A stretch of DNA of 64,000 nt from Daphnia carinata (Eukaryota), in contig NC_081333.1 in assembly GCF_022539665.2 (NCBI RefSeq), positions 6,634,001-6,698,000 on the forward strand, given 5' to 3'. A program made the position numbers and the translations under genes. Numbering within the stretch: position 1 is the first letter of the stretch; each line of letters opens with the position of its first letter. Shown in pieces: positions 1 through 14,200 of the stretch. Below the pieces are notes generated by a model, which did no database searches, was not told the DNA's origin, and was given only the letters and a program-made list of their open reading frames with translations.

Positions 1-728
1 AATAATCATTTAATACTGATACTTCTTTATACGTTCCGTTTTGTTGGCCTTTATTATTTCCCAGTCTAAAACCGCATTTCCACATGTAGAAAAAGTTTTA
101 TAAAACTGGACAAATGATATCCCGATATGGAGTATTGATGTAAAAAACTATGTTTTCAAATACTATAGCTTAGGAAATGTTCAAATGGAAAATTGGAACC
201 CCTACTAATCAGAAAAACAAAAATGGGGATTGTAAGGAACATTGCACCCATGTGTTTTGAAAATTGTGATTTTTGCCACGGACTTGATGGCATGGAATGA
301 AGGACAACTTCATCGGTACAGTTCGGTCTTTTTCTTGCTTCACAGCATTCAATCCGTAAATGTTTGAAAGGTCCCAGACAACAGTTACGTATTCATTTAT
401 TTCAGTTTGAAAATACGTTTTATTATATGATGTTCAAACTACGCAGGACAAACATTTTATGGGAAGTGCATAGAATCTAATATTCTTAACAAAAAAATCA
501 TGCTTTTATAATTTACTTTTTGGCATATAGCCATTGCTTTCGTTTTACTTCATAACGCATACACAACTCAATTTCACCAACGACGTACGCAACCAATCCA
601 CCGCGAATGCGGGTCACTTCCTGTAACACCAATGAAAATCCAGTACTGGTGACGTATTAAAGTGCAAACCACTCCTTTTAGAGTGATTAGAAATTTGAAA
701 ATAATGGAAACAAGGCTTTACACATATA

Positions 729-3700
729 TTAGTGCACAGCTGACCACGAAATTCGAACCCCATAACTAGTTTTCAAGTTGTTCAGCTTTACGATGATTAC
801 TGCTTTATGGTGTGGTAATTTCGAATGAAATAGAGGCAGAGAAGTACTAAATCCGGACGACTTCATGTAATCATAGTTGACGTCGGGTTGATAGTGAGTT
901 TCTTTCATAATGTCCAAATCGTCAAATCCTTCTCTCAGCCGTATTCCTTTATTAGAACAGTGAGATGTTAGCTTCGTTAGTTAACAACACATGCAAATGC
1001 TGGACAAACCTTTATAAAAATCATTATGCCTTTCGGGCTTAGAACAGAGCAGCAGAAGCGGCGTTTCGTTTCCAGGCACGGTCACCTCAACTAAGTTACC
1101 GTTTGGATCGCCGCATTGTGACATTTTTTGTACTCGTGTTAAGTTGAGCAAACCGGAAACTTCCACCTAGATGAATTTTGGTTTCAATTTCATTGAAACA
1201 TGCTGTGGCGTGAAACCATAGTTACGTTTAACGTCATGGCCGCTGTTTCGTTTCCCGCAATTTTTTTGCTTTCCCGTTGAATTACGAAATCCCATGCACA
1301 TATTAACGGACTAACCACGTCACCGTCCTCGAAATATTGTCTACAAACATAGGGTTTCGGTAAGTACTAGGGCTTGTAAAAAAAAAATTTGTCCATGCAT
1401 AATCTGCTTACGGTAAGTTAATGACGCCGTCCACCGTCACATTAGGGCGGGGTGATCCACAAATGTATAATGGGTGAATAAAATCGTATTTCCCACTGAA
1501 AACAGGTACACTGGACTTGAAATAGAGTGAAGTGGATCGTAAAGCATCAATATGAAGCGCGGCTAACAAACTGGGCGTCGAGGAAAGTATCCGTGCAGGT
1601 GTGGACATGTTCCCCATCTAAAAATTTGAATACGGAAAAAAGCACAGCAAGGAAAGATAAAGAAGTAAATAGCAATAGAAAATTGAAGGCAAATATTATT
1701 AAACAGAAAAAAAAATAGATGAATATTTTGTTATTTTCTACTCAATGGAACTAAGCATGTTTAACGAATACCTGGAACTGCAATTGACAAAGGTAGCCCT
1801 TGCCTCTCGTGCTTGTATAATTGCCCGTGGCTTTAAGCCGGTTAGCGCTAACGTCGAGTATGGTCAAATCGTTTTTCAAATCTCGGAAAATCAAACGATC
1901 CGCACAAGGATATGCTACAGACTTCAAATTGACGCTTTGCAGAGTCAACATTACTCGACTAGAACTGCGTCGGTTACCCTGTACGATTCACAGAAACGGC
2001 TGGCATCAGCTTTACCAAATTTTGAACTTTGTGCTTTGTTTCTTTATAGAAATGCAAATGCCATTTTACCTGAAAGGTGTAGCGGCATTTAAGGTCAGAG
2101 GAATCTGCCGAACGTTTAAATAGCAGGGTGTTGAACGGTGAAATCCATTGACCTGAGGTACGGGTGGCCGGCTCATAAACGACGTCACAATCGCTGTCAG
2201 CAGTTTTAAGTCCTTCAGGCTGACTATTGTTAAAGAAGTCGTAATGGGCCCAGAAGTTGATGGAAGAACCACTGTACGATCCAATTCGACTGCTCACGTT
2301 AACATGGTGATCAGAATAGGATAGAGATAAGAATCTGTAAAAATTCCTTTTACGGGAGGTTTCACAAGAGAGCGAAGCACCAACCTGTGAAAGCGAATGA
2401 ACATGGAGTTGCCCGTTGACAGAAAATCCTTTCGTTCTAATGGCTTCGAAAAGGTGTCACAAAATGTTTTGATAATTCGTGCTGGATTAGCCGTATTTCC
2501 GTCATAAATAGTCAACGATTCGCTGCAGTCACCCGTCGGTTGCTTAATAGGAGCATCGGGTTTGCTAATGCGGAATCTAAAGGCGGAAAATGAACTTTTT
2601 TTGCTTATGTGCTTAAACAGTGGGAATTAAAAATTGCCAAAAAAAGTAAAATTCACAATAGTTCGAGTTTTTCGAATTTTTGAGAAACATTACTCATTCT
2701 TTCATCAAAATAAACAGACAGGTAGAAATGTCCAAAGGAACGATATAGAAGCCGAATGATTCTACTTACGTCGGGAAATAGACCCGGACGATTTGCTCTG
2801 GTTTCCCTGTTATAAGGTACGTGCAAACGGTGTTGGGCAGGTACCAGTGCATGGGCGAAAGGAATAATCCCTAAACGATAGTCGAATTAACAAATGAAAA
2901 TTTAACTGCTAAAGTCATACACGTTTGATGAAGCAACGAACCTCTGAATCCCCACTGCCTTCCAATGATGCACTTGTCAGTACGTAGCTGCAAACTGGAT
3001 TGTGTTTAGAATCGTTTGTTGATTTTTCGTTCGGTTGTTGGACCATGTGCTGATTGAAAACACTGCCAACATTCCCCGGCCAGCTGTCCACATTAAAGTG
3101 GAAACCGGTATTTAGCAATGGCCCTGGTCGGAAAACGAGACAAGTATCAGTTTACTATGGGCAAGATCTTTTCGATTGACACCTACCAGCCGCAGAAGAA
3201 ACGAATTCTAGCAGAAGATCTGTCCCTGTGCCAACAATAGAAAAAGGGAAACGGCCAATGCCGCAAAATGTACCAATTACCACAGCGGATTCGCTGTTGC
3301 CGTCATACACCCTAAAGAAGATGTCTAAGTTAGTCAGATGCAGGATTTAGTTCAAGTAAAATAAAAAGGCTTCACAGCTTTCCTTACCTGATAAAATCAT
3401 GAGGACAAATTTCTTCCCCTATAGGGCGAAGTGGACACATTATGTAATTATCGCATCGTTGTCCATCCACGTTGAATTCTCCGTCTTCGGTAAAAAGCTA
3501 AACAAATTTTTGTGACATGCCGTGATTTGTTGGCTGATTAGTGAAGGCTTAAAAATATTTTTACCTTGATGAACGGCTGCCGTGTGCTAACGTGATAAAG
3601 GCAGCGGCGGTTACGAGGATACACACCTGGGAAGTTTGGTGACTGGACAAAACACGTCTGCAATCGACAGTCAGTAAATTCTCGATCGCAAGATAAAGAA

Positions 3701-4705
3701 CTGTATTTTTTCGAAAGAATTCAAGAATTGTTGTTCAAAAGTCAGGAAAGTAATATTATTATTAATTTATTAGCTATGTATTACTTATTGGTAAACACTG
3801 TGGAGAGCACAGTCTAAACCTTAAAATGTTACTTACCCGGGTGTCATAGGTTGTCCTCTTCGGTGAGGGTAGAGCGGAGGATGATGTCCGTAGCGCTCGA
3901 CCAGTTGCTGTTGTTGTTCCTAATGGACGTGCATGAGAAGAAGTGCGATACATCGATTAACACTTGTCCGTTTCTTAGGAGAATGGAAAAGCATTCGATA
4001 CGGAACTAACCTGGCGCGTGTAAACTGCAAATTGGTAGCGATCGTCATAGCTCTCAGCGAAGAAATGCAATTTGACCATATTGTTCTCCGAGATGAATAA
4101 CCTGCTTCGTTCGATCTCCCCGCAGTAGAATCCGGGATTGCCCGAATCATGCAATGCCGTCGGGCCATCATATATCTGTGCTCATGGCATGATTTTGGCA
4201 ATTATAGTCGTCGCTACGCGTTAGTTTCGAAGGTAATAAAAACATCGTCAGTCCTCATACCTTAAGATTTCCGCCGATGCAGGTCGTAGCGTTGATGAGC
4301 TGTCCCCATTGGAAACGTTGGAATTTTAGGACAATGACGAGAGCAACGTCTTTTGGAGCACTATTAGCACGAGGCTTCACCTATTCGAATTTCAGAAAAT
4401 TCTCTAAACAATGTTTCCGTGAACAAATATATTTGACAAAGAAACTTCAGCAACAGAGATCAAATTGGTCAAAGCTAAGTAAGTTTTTCAACCGAAAAAA
4501 CATTAAAGTTAAATGGAATCGAATGACTTACGAGAAACCAGCAATTGTAGGGTCGACCTTTATTATAGCCGGTCAACAAGGGATTTGCCAAAACATCACC
4601 AGCTTCTACTGTGCGATTACAACCCGTTCGGTTGATATCTGCTCGTAGGAGGGGCACCAAATACAATACAATGTCAATGAAGAGCGATAGCTTAAGAATT
4701 TCCAT
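729..4705 (-). CDS. Secreted multi-CUB-domain protein (about 4-5 CUB repeats), multi-exon; 3' end uncertain
   Basis: ATG at 4705 with signal-peptide-like MEILKLSLFIDIVLYLVPLLRA. Spliced exons give CUB signatures: CNRTV...NCWFL, IYDG...FYCG, VQSPNFPGVYPRNRRCLY, CPHDFIRVYDG...GTFCG, FLSPMHWYLPNTVCTY, LTIYDG...KTFCD, GQWISP...KCRYTF. GT-AG boundaries were phase-compatible for most exons. Exons below ~1400 and the stop at 729-731 are less certain. Confidence 0.85.
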
Positions 4706-7700
4706 TGAAATAAATGAAATGCGTCGACAACCGCCGACGTGATCTTGGTACCTCACTGGTCCAATTTATTCACCAAACTGTGTGTCGTGGACGGCCAATA
4801 CGACTCGCAAGGAACAGACTATTGATTTTCGCTACTCTTGACAGCTGCGCACTACAAGCCTTAGTCAATTTAGAAACATGACTTGTCTCTATCTATAGTT
4901 GGGTAAACGAAATCCCTGTCGACTAGTAAATTTACCTCCAAGACATGAATTCTTTCCTTATGTGCTGGCAAAGTACAAAGGAATGAAATGGATGTAGGCC
5001 TAGTCCAATAATTCCAAGTGATCCCACACAAAAAAGATGTTGTATGACAGGCATTTCTTTTTCGTTTATTGGAGACAATAGACATCATCAGCTATAGCTG
5101 ATCACAAAATTATATTACTAGGGAAGCCTTACAAATAAGATTTCGATAGCAATCGCCCTCCACTTGTCATTCTGAATTTTACCTTGATAATATTAGTTTG
5201 TTTCTCTTGGCGAACAAAATTTCCACATCCCGAATTCATTTCTACTTCTTTAATAATCGTGCAAAAAAAAAAAAAGAAGAAAATCTGAAGCATCAACGAT
5301 GATTAAAACTATTGTACTATATCGAAATTATTTGGCAGTTTATCGTACACTTAAATTCTTCGTGGTATCAATCTGCGAAACCTCTTTAAAAACAATTGAG
5401 GCAGATAACGACATGTGTCAAACATAAAGAATTATCTCTGGACGACGCGAAATAAGCAATTTGCACTTTTTAAATTTCTGAATATTTAAAATGTTTAAGT
5501 AGTTTTAATTCAAGGAAATAATCAATTGCATCAAAACACTACATTCGGGAACAAAGAGCTAAAAACTCAAAAGTTTGCTGGCGCCTAAAGCATGCACGTG
5601 TATAAATAAATTCGCATTCTTATATTTACGAAAATAATTAAAACATGTTATCACAATACTTGCCACACAAATCAATAATTTACCAAACCAAATTTAACCA
5701 AATGTCACAATCAGAGAGAAGTATAAAAGTAATTTTCAAAGTAGAAGGAATGTGGTTATAGCCTAAAATGTAGGAAATACGAGAGATGCATCCTTAGTTC
5801 TTTCTCCTCGATATAGTTGATGATGTAGAAAAATAAGTTTTAATATTGTAAGAAGTTATAAGTAGTTTTACTCGTATGGATCACGTTTTGTTTAGATTAA
5901 ACCGGATTTAAATCAATCTAGGGTGATATTCCTCGCAAAGAAATATGGCACTGTACTTCGTCTATACATAGCTCCAGTACAAAATAATTCTTTATTTCGC
6001 CAGTATGCTTCGAATATTTGTAACAAAGCACATATCTTATGCGGAGAAAGATAAATGGAGTCGGTGCACGTTTTATTTACTGTTTGGTTTAAAGTTTACT
6101 TTTCAATATGCCTGAGAAAACTTAACCCCTCCTTCCGCAAGTTGGCCTGTTATCTCACTGCCCAAATGATTTGCGTTTGTAGCAACGGCTTGAGTCTGAA
6201 TACGCATAAATGTTAAAACGGACATAAACTTTTATTTTATCCATTTGAACTTCCTCCTTCTCTTTGAGCTTTACCTTGTTTGCAATTAGTTTAAATGAAA
6301 TTAAGCTGGATTTGTCATTCAACGACAAATGCTTAGGCAAATTGCTCAATAAATACCAAGAATATATTCGCCTACAGAATTTGATTAGTTATTGATTACT
6401 TTCTTTGGATATTTGTGGTCGCTAAACGCGTGCTCTACCACTAGTCCATAGGTAAAATTGGTGCGTGTAGCACGACATTTCGTTGCACGAACGTACTACG
6501 GCGTATTCTTGGTGTTGTTTATTTGATTTGAAAAGAATAACCTTTGAAAATTAAGTGCTGACGCAGAGAAACCTTCCTTGACGACCTAGTGACATGTTAC
6601 GACACTCAAAGCCAATCCAATTACACTTTCCAACGTTGAGGGCCCCTTACTTCAGTGATCCCTGCTTATAGATACCTGAGCTGATAGTGAAAGCCACGGA
6701 TCTCGAAATAGAGGTGTTGACGCCTTATCGCTGCATATTCTCGAAGATTGCAACAGCAGATACCAAGCATAAAGACATGGCTCTCCTTTACAGCCTCTAC
6801 TTATTCATATACATATAGGCTTTACAAGAGCCTATACGAAAAGCCAGATTGATGTGAACAAATCAGCTTTGCTCCACCAATCATCGGCTTAATGTTTCTT
6901 GAGTTGGAAAAATAAGCTTGGAAAGCGCCATTTTCTTGAAGCCGCCTTATTTCACCTCGTTTTTTCAACGCTTATTTTTGCTTGATTTGATGTTGTTACA
7001 ACATAAGAATGTTAAGACAACCATGCAATTTCTTTTCCTGAAAAACAAAAAAAATTTATTTTTTACCAAATCATGAGATTCTTTCGCGTTTTACATCCTC
7101 CGCATAAATCCATTTGTTTCCTGTTATCGGTACTACGTCGTAGAGCGGGTATCGTATAGCAAGCTGGACTCGCTCTAGGCCGTAATTCTCTTTAGAACAG
7201 ATAGTCAGAAATCTAATATATATTTTTAGAACATACACATTTTTTTCTACATCAGCTCGTTTTTGAATGGGACAACAGATCAACATTGAAACTGAAAGGA
7301 AAGAAATAAAGGCGCTATGCGGTTGCATTCCATTGGGAACGCCAGCATGTCAACAAGATGCAGAAGACCTGACTGTCATTAACTAGTAAAAAAAAAAAGG
7401 TCTGTAGCATTAAAGTGGCCTGTCTCAAAGAAAGGGCCCACCCGAACCACGACAGTCTCTTTGGAGAAATGTAAAGGGGCTCTGAAAATATTTAATCACA
7501 CATCTATTGGCGACGGAATTGAAAAAGGTAGCCAGCCTAAACTTGTTTAGGCCCATAAGGTACAATTTAGCTGGCCTAGGTCGAAAGTTAAGATGGGAAA
7601 TAAAACCATTAAAAGAGAAAACGTTCGTTTTGTTTGACCTGTATCAGCTGCATGTTTCTAGGTCTATGTGCCTTAACCGAACACATATGTCTTGCTATTT

Positions 7701-10700
7701 TACGAACCATATGCAAGATTTAGAAAAGAGATGGGAAGACGTTTTTGTAGCACTAGAGCTATCACATTTTTATTTTCTAGTCTTTAGTGCGTCGAAAAAG
7801 AGCTGTGGGTAAATCACAAATCAAGCGACTGGAGCCGAACAGCCTTGCGAGATAAACTGGACAGCTCCGATGTCACTAGGTGAAAAGTGACGAAGCTTAC
7901 CGGTAGATGGCTGGTGCATAAGAGAATTATGTTCCATATTTCGATGTTTAATCATCGATAAAACCGCTGGACTCCAACAAGAAGTGAACCAAAACTTAAA
8001 TTAAACAAACAAAAAAGTAAAAAAAAAAAATTTAAGAAGGAGAGGGTTGATGTCCGATAGCACGGCCCGACTGCCTACGGCAATATATATAACTTGTCAA
8101 AATCAAGGCTAAATTTTCATAAACCCAAAATACAGTAAGCCAACGTGACTTTTCCATCCGGCCAGAGACAATAGCGTGACATTATTTCAAAATCCTCATT
8201 TCGAATACCACAAGTTAGACCCCAATTGCCATATTTTTCCCAACACAAATAAGCAGGCTCGTAGTCGCGTATGGCTCATCTTCCGGTGATGACCAGGCGA
8301 TTGTACAATCGATGCTTTTAAAAATCCCTTATGAAGTTTCTTTGTTTCACCGTTTATTTAGCTTAGACAGCATAACGCCATTAGTGTCTAAAGAACGATA
8401 TCGTTCAAGCACGTTCATCTATTGAAACGGTCGGAAAGCCAGTTGTCAAACGGCTGTATAGATCGTGCGTTGGGTGAAAGCGCACTCCCACCCTCTTCCA
8501 TACGAAGATGATGATGCTACTTTTTTTATCTCCACTCCATCTCGTGAAGTGTTTTCGTTCTGGTTTCTTTATACAAAAAAAAAATAGAACAAAAAAAAAT
8601 ATCTACTTGAAATGATGTGAGACCACACGCATATTACTGAAAGGAGCGTCTGTCTCACGAAGGATTCTTTCAAGCGAACATGAAAACACCGTGACGCGGC
8701 CAAGCAGATGCACCGCGAAAAGCGAAAAGAAAAAAAATTGGATCCATCTCTGTTGGCCATTAGTTGCTGACGCTTAATTGGCGGCACATATGGAACAAAG
8801 ACTTTGGTGAAAGAGAAGACGTTAGAAAGGCGGAGGTATTGTAAGGAGGTGTTATTCAGCAAGTAAAGAAAGCTGGAGAAAGAGAGAACGTGAAACTGGG
8901 CGTGCGGATGCTGGAATCAGGACTCTTTGTAAATCATTTTAGCCATGTCATTATGTTAAATGTGTCGACGGGAGAAAGAGTTGGCTCGTGAAGGCAAGCA
9001 TGACATCAGGGGTAAACAGGCTTTTTCTCTTCGGTAATTAATATCTTTTTTGGTGCGTGTTTGATTTTCTTTTTCAGACTTTCGTTCGAGTAACAATTTG
9101 ATGTAGTTCCCCGCATTAACGTGTCGAACTCACTCTTGCGAAAAGTAGTCATTTAGACTGCAATAACATTTAAAAACAAATATGCAGAAAATAGTTTTTG
9201 ACATTTTTCTTTCTTTTCTACATTTTTTCGTAATTAAAGTTTCCAGTATTTCAAAAAGTTATTGCAGCGGACTCGATGTGGAAACAAAAAAGGAGCCGAT
9301 AGTTGCCTTCAATAAGGTGTCCTTGTGCAGGTACGTCGTATCTGTAACGTACCACTGGCAATGGCCTTCTCCTGCGCTCTCTCTTTTTTCTTTGGTCACT
9401 ATAATAGGCACAAGGTATATAAATGTTATCGACCCAATCAGAAAAAGAAAAGAGTTGATTTTCGTTGATCTAGCGGAATGTCTTTCAATCGACAAACGTG
9501 GAGGTGAACAGCCAACAAGTTTTTTTTTTTTATCGCCATTCGCATCAGCAAGTTTCTCTCGAATTCGTTTTCGGCATTGCAACGAAAACCAAAGTATGTG
9601 ACGGCTTTTTAGTTGAAAGGCCGCTAACAATGTGAATAAGTTCAAGTTCAATCATTTTTTTGATTTTCGAGACAATCTGCAATCACGGGGCATAACTTTG
9701 AAACAACGTTCAGATTAGAAATTTGCTGTTTAAAAAGCAAACCGCTTTCGGTTGTTTGACGTTATCACGAAAGTATAAATTTAGACAGTAATTGGCGAAC
9801 TAAATGCATAACCTTGAATCGTCATTCGACTGTCTCGCCATTACGCCATCCACTCCTTTTACCGGTTATTGTTTACCTTTACACTTCTTTTTATTTGTGG
9901 TCTTGCTATATCATTTTAGTCTAATATCTTTATTTGCCTTCTCTGCGTTTTTCATGTTGCTACGCTTCTTCGACCCTCCCAATGTTTTACCTTTGATTTC
10001 GTTCGGTTTTTTTTTGCTTTGTTTTGTTTTTTTGTACTCGGTGTGACAGTGGTTACAAAATCTATCGCCAACAAAAAAAGAAAAGAAAAATAAGACGGTG
10101 AAAAAAGTTCCAGACATTCGAGTTCAGGTCGAATGGCTTCGAAACATGCCGCAACGATAATATGAAACCTCAGTTTGCGTCACGTTTCAAAGACAAGAGC
10201 TCACGAAGGCTGCAAAGTGGATGAAAACAAAAAGGGGAAGAAGAAGTGGAGGAACAGAGAAGGCAATAGTTGAGAAAAGGTGACCAAAGTTGATATGCTA
10301 CACCGCGCGTTCAAACTGTCTGGCTATATAGCCGACTATATAGACATTCCCGCTATTACAGTAGTTTTGATGTCGATCGTTTGTTTCGTGTCCAAATGAG
10401 GAATGCGCCAGGTGTCTATTCCCTCTTGTACCCAACTTCTTCATTCTGTCATTCTATCTGTCTGGCTGTCGAAAAAAAAAAGTTTAAAGATTCCAACTAG
10501 CCAAGCAACAAGTGACAGGGAAAGAAACAAAAAGGGCACAACGAAAATAGAAGAAGAGAGAAGTGTAAAAAAAAAAAAGGCCGGAAACAAGCCAAGCTTG
10601 ACGAAGACAAATGCCAACGAGAGAGGCGAGAGACAAAGATGTGAAGACAGAACCCTTACCGTACCTTTTCAATTTTTCAATGAAACTATTTATTCTTATT

Positions 10701-11234
10701 TGTATTTCACTTTTTCCAGAATACTCAAGTGTAGCGCATCGAATGTCGGACAAAAAAGGGGGGGAAGGCGGTAGCGTGTGACCGGTTGTATACCCGACAT
10801 TTTCTGTCCAGCCTAACCTCCGTCCCTTCTGAAAGGCTACTCTATCATTCATTCTTTTGTCGATCTCGACACGATACGTCAAGTCATCAACTTCTTTTCC
10901 AAGTATTCTTATTAGCTTCGTTTGTTATTTATATTTTTTTTTTGGTCCTCTTTTTTTTATTTTTCAACCCTCGTAAACACCCCGTCCCTTTACACTGACA
11001 CCGGATATGTAGGGGACGGTAAATTCAATCGAGTTTCTCCTTGTCATTTTCTAGCAGGTCAACAATGCTGGTGTAACAACAAGCCAACAGAGACATAAAA
11101 AGAAACGAAAAACTGGATATAACAACCAAACAACTTTTAACTTACATTGTTCAAAACGCTGCTTGACTTTTTTGCCCCTTTATCTAATACTTGCTAACCG
11201 AAGGTGGTGGCATGCGGAAATTCATGAAAAAAAA

Positions 11235-11266
<32 letters not shown>

Positions 11267-14200
11267 ATTCTCATTGGAAATGGGTACAACAATTATACGA
11301 TGTGTGCGCGTGTTTTTTCTTTCCTCTGTTTCTTCGTGGCTTGCAACCCTAATTAAATGATTGGTAACGCATTATCCATGTAAGGATTTTTTTGTTTCCG
11401 TGACCCGATACCGGTGCAGTTCATTTACTATATTCTCTCCTTTGTTTTCTTTCCCTTTTTTTTTCCACGCTCGGATATAGCGTTCGACGTGAATGCCGAC
11501 ATCCGAAAACCTAACCTCCTAAAGGCTAGAACCACCCTCTCTCATTCTCCCCCTCGCCTTGTTTTTTTTTCTTCAAACAAAAATAAAGTCCAACATGGGA
11601 ACTGCTCCAGGCGTATTAAGGAAATTTATACGACGTCCTTTTTTTTTTTTTTTTTGTTTAAATTTTGTAATTTTATTTTTATTCTTTTTTTTTGTGTGTG
11701 TGTGTCGGGTTTCCTCCCTGTCTGTGTGGCAAGCATCCGCTACCATTGGGTATAGCTGCTACTAATATAATGCTGTTTGCTTCTGTTGCTGATGCAGCAC
11801 GGCTGAGGGAGGGCTGTTGGAGAGAGTGGTACAGATGTGGTATAATATATAATGGACTCTGAGCACTGTCCACTTCCAGTTTCTCACAATTAGAGTGTGA
11901 AGGCGGGCGCTGTCGTTTCTCACCATTCTCCTTTTTCTTTCTTTAATTTTTTTCTTTTTCTTTTTCCTTTTCCCCCTCGATGCTTTGGCGTCTTGCCTCC
12001 GTTTAACGATGGAACTAATGTCCCTCTTCCTCCGTATTTCAATGAAAGACAGGCCAACTCTTTCCGAATTCGGCCCAATTTTTTCTTTTTCTTGTGAAAC
12101 GGACAGAGATTGCATCACTTCACTAACGAGTTGAGTTTAATAAATGGCTTCCATTGTCATCCAAAATCGCCAATGAGAAATGTCTGAGTTTCCTGTTTTC
12201 GTATTTTTTTTTCCTTATTCAGGCAATTGAACGACGGATGCTGGACAGATTTCCTGATTAGCTATTAATTCGTTCGTTCCGTTCGTTACGGCAATTTCTT
12301 TCAGCGATTTTATTTTCGTCGTTGGTATCGAGAGTGATGGATTTTTATTCGTAGCTGCTGGCAGCACTGGTCATAAGCAATTCAGTGGTTCTAAAGTCGA
12401 CCGTCAGGTCTACGAAATTGGTGGTATGTTCCACTCCGCCTCAAAATTAAAGATTTTTTTTTTTTACGAAAAAGAAATCGAAATAATAATAAAAAAAAAT
12501 AGAAAAATGGTGCCCACTCAAATGAAAAGTGTACCACTTAAAAAGCGAGACACAAAACACTGGTAGAGCGATAGAAGAAAAGGCCATCTACTGTGTATAT
12601 GGCTTTAACGCTTTAGGTATTTTTTATTACTCTTTCTTTTTTTTTTTTTATTTTCTTTCGTCTCTCTCCTTGACTGTTGTTCTTGTAGTTAGATTGTGTG
12701 GCTTTGTAGTACAGTACCCCCTCCCTTTCCCTCTTCCCTTTCGGACGATGGAAGCCGGAGGCTATGTTCATTCAACACAGACCAGAAAAAAACAAAAAAA
12801 ACAGTTCCACTCGGATGGAGTTGTGCGCAAGGTGCGCGCGGGCGCCGATAGCGGGCGGGGTTAGCCCGGCGTAGACACACATTCACAGGGCCAGTTGTCG
12901 GCTATCGGAACTGTTCAAGAGACGCACACTTCAAAGGTTTCATCTATAGGACTATCGAGTATCTGTTTCGTTTTAGCGTTTCCCCACGTCCTTTTCTTCC
13001 CTTCTTTTTTCCTTTTTTTTTTGTTAGTGTTCTATCTTTTCTTCGTTCTTTGCGCTTGTTTCATCTTTCGACCCGATCCAAACTTCGCTCCATTGCCTTG
13101 CAGGCGGTCGTCCCTGAACGTGAGGCCCATTTCATTCTGGCCGTGTTTAATCTGTATCGGTGCTTGAGTGCCACACACAACGTGTGCTTTCATCACGATC
13201 CTATTGTTACACAGACATATGAGGGAAAAGAAACGAAACGCCGTGTTAGTGACTCGAAGATTTGATCAGCAAAAACAAAAGCAAAAAACGGGATCGGAAG
13301 ATTGAATCTACATCATTTTTGTGCTGCGCCTATCGGTCAGTTTCATCGACGGATAATACCCCCCTCAAAGGACGTGCAGTGGACATTATTTTGTGCTCCC
13401 TCCATTGAATCCAGCAGCGATCTCGGTTGGATTTATTCGTTTGTTTGTCTTTTTTTTTTCTTGGGACCGTTCAAACAAAAGTGACTGGTTGCGTTGTTCT
13501 GTGTTGAAATCCTTGTGTGGTCTCGCCATCGCTGCATTTCGTATCGGCAATCAGATCCGTTGGCAACCGCAGCGTTAACAGCGAAGACAGGCGGAAAATA
13601 AACTAAGACGGATTGCACCCATAACCTGCCAACATGCTGACAAAAATGGTCAACATGAACAACAACCAGGTGAGTAAAAAAATCTCAGAGAAGAAAAAGG
13701 CAGATAAAAAAAAATAAAACTATCTAGAAGCCATCTCACGAGACTTGATTGTGAATTTTTCGAATGGCACCTCAGTGTCAATGAATATTTGATGGAAATA
13801 ATGAGGGATGACATCTCCTCTAAAGAATTTTCTACATTGAAATGGAAAATTTGCGGAATGCATCTATCGTGAATAGCATCATCGAATTGTCGGGACATTC
13901 GGCGCAAGGACGTGTTCGCAAAAAAAAGAGGTTTATCTTATAAAAATGTTTAGTTGGTTGATCAGTTGGTCGAGATATCAGAAGCATTTGGAACGCAGCC
14001 ATTCTGCCCATTGTTTTTGCTTTTTTAACCGTTGCCACTATTCGCCGCAAACGAAAATGGGCAGCAAAAACGGACAGAAATAGAAAATAAGTTATTATTT
14101 GCTATTATTATTTTCCGTTCTAGTTTTTTTGGCTCACATTTTCCTTTAGTTTTTATTTATTCTTTCATGGTTGAGTTTTTTTTTTTCGGGAGCCAAGAAT

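Noticed and set aside
150..390. Minus-strand open stretch with Cys residues and a hydrophobic end as a further CUB-gene exon
   Set aside because: Could not be linked by convincing splice sites to the upstream exons.
6421..6450. Minus-strand TAGTGGTAGAGCACGCGTTTAGC resembling a tRNA-Ala 5' half
   Set aside because: No T-arm/B-box or acceptor stem follows; too short to call.
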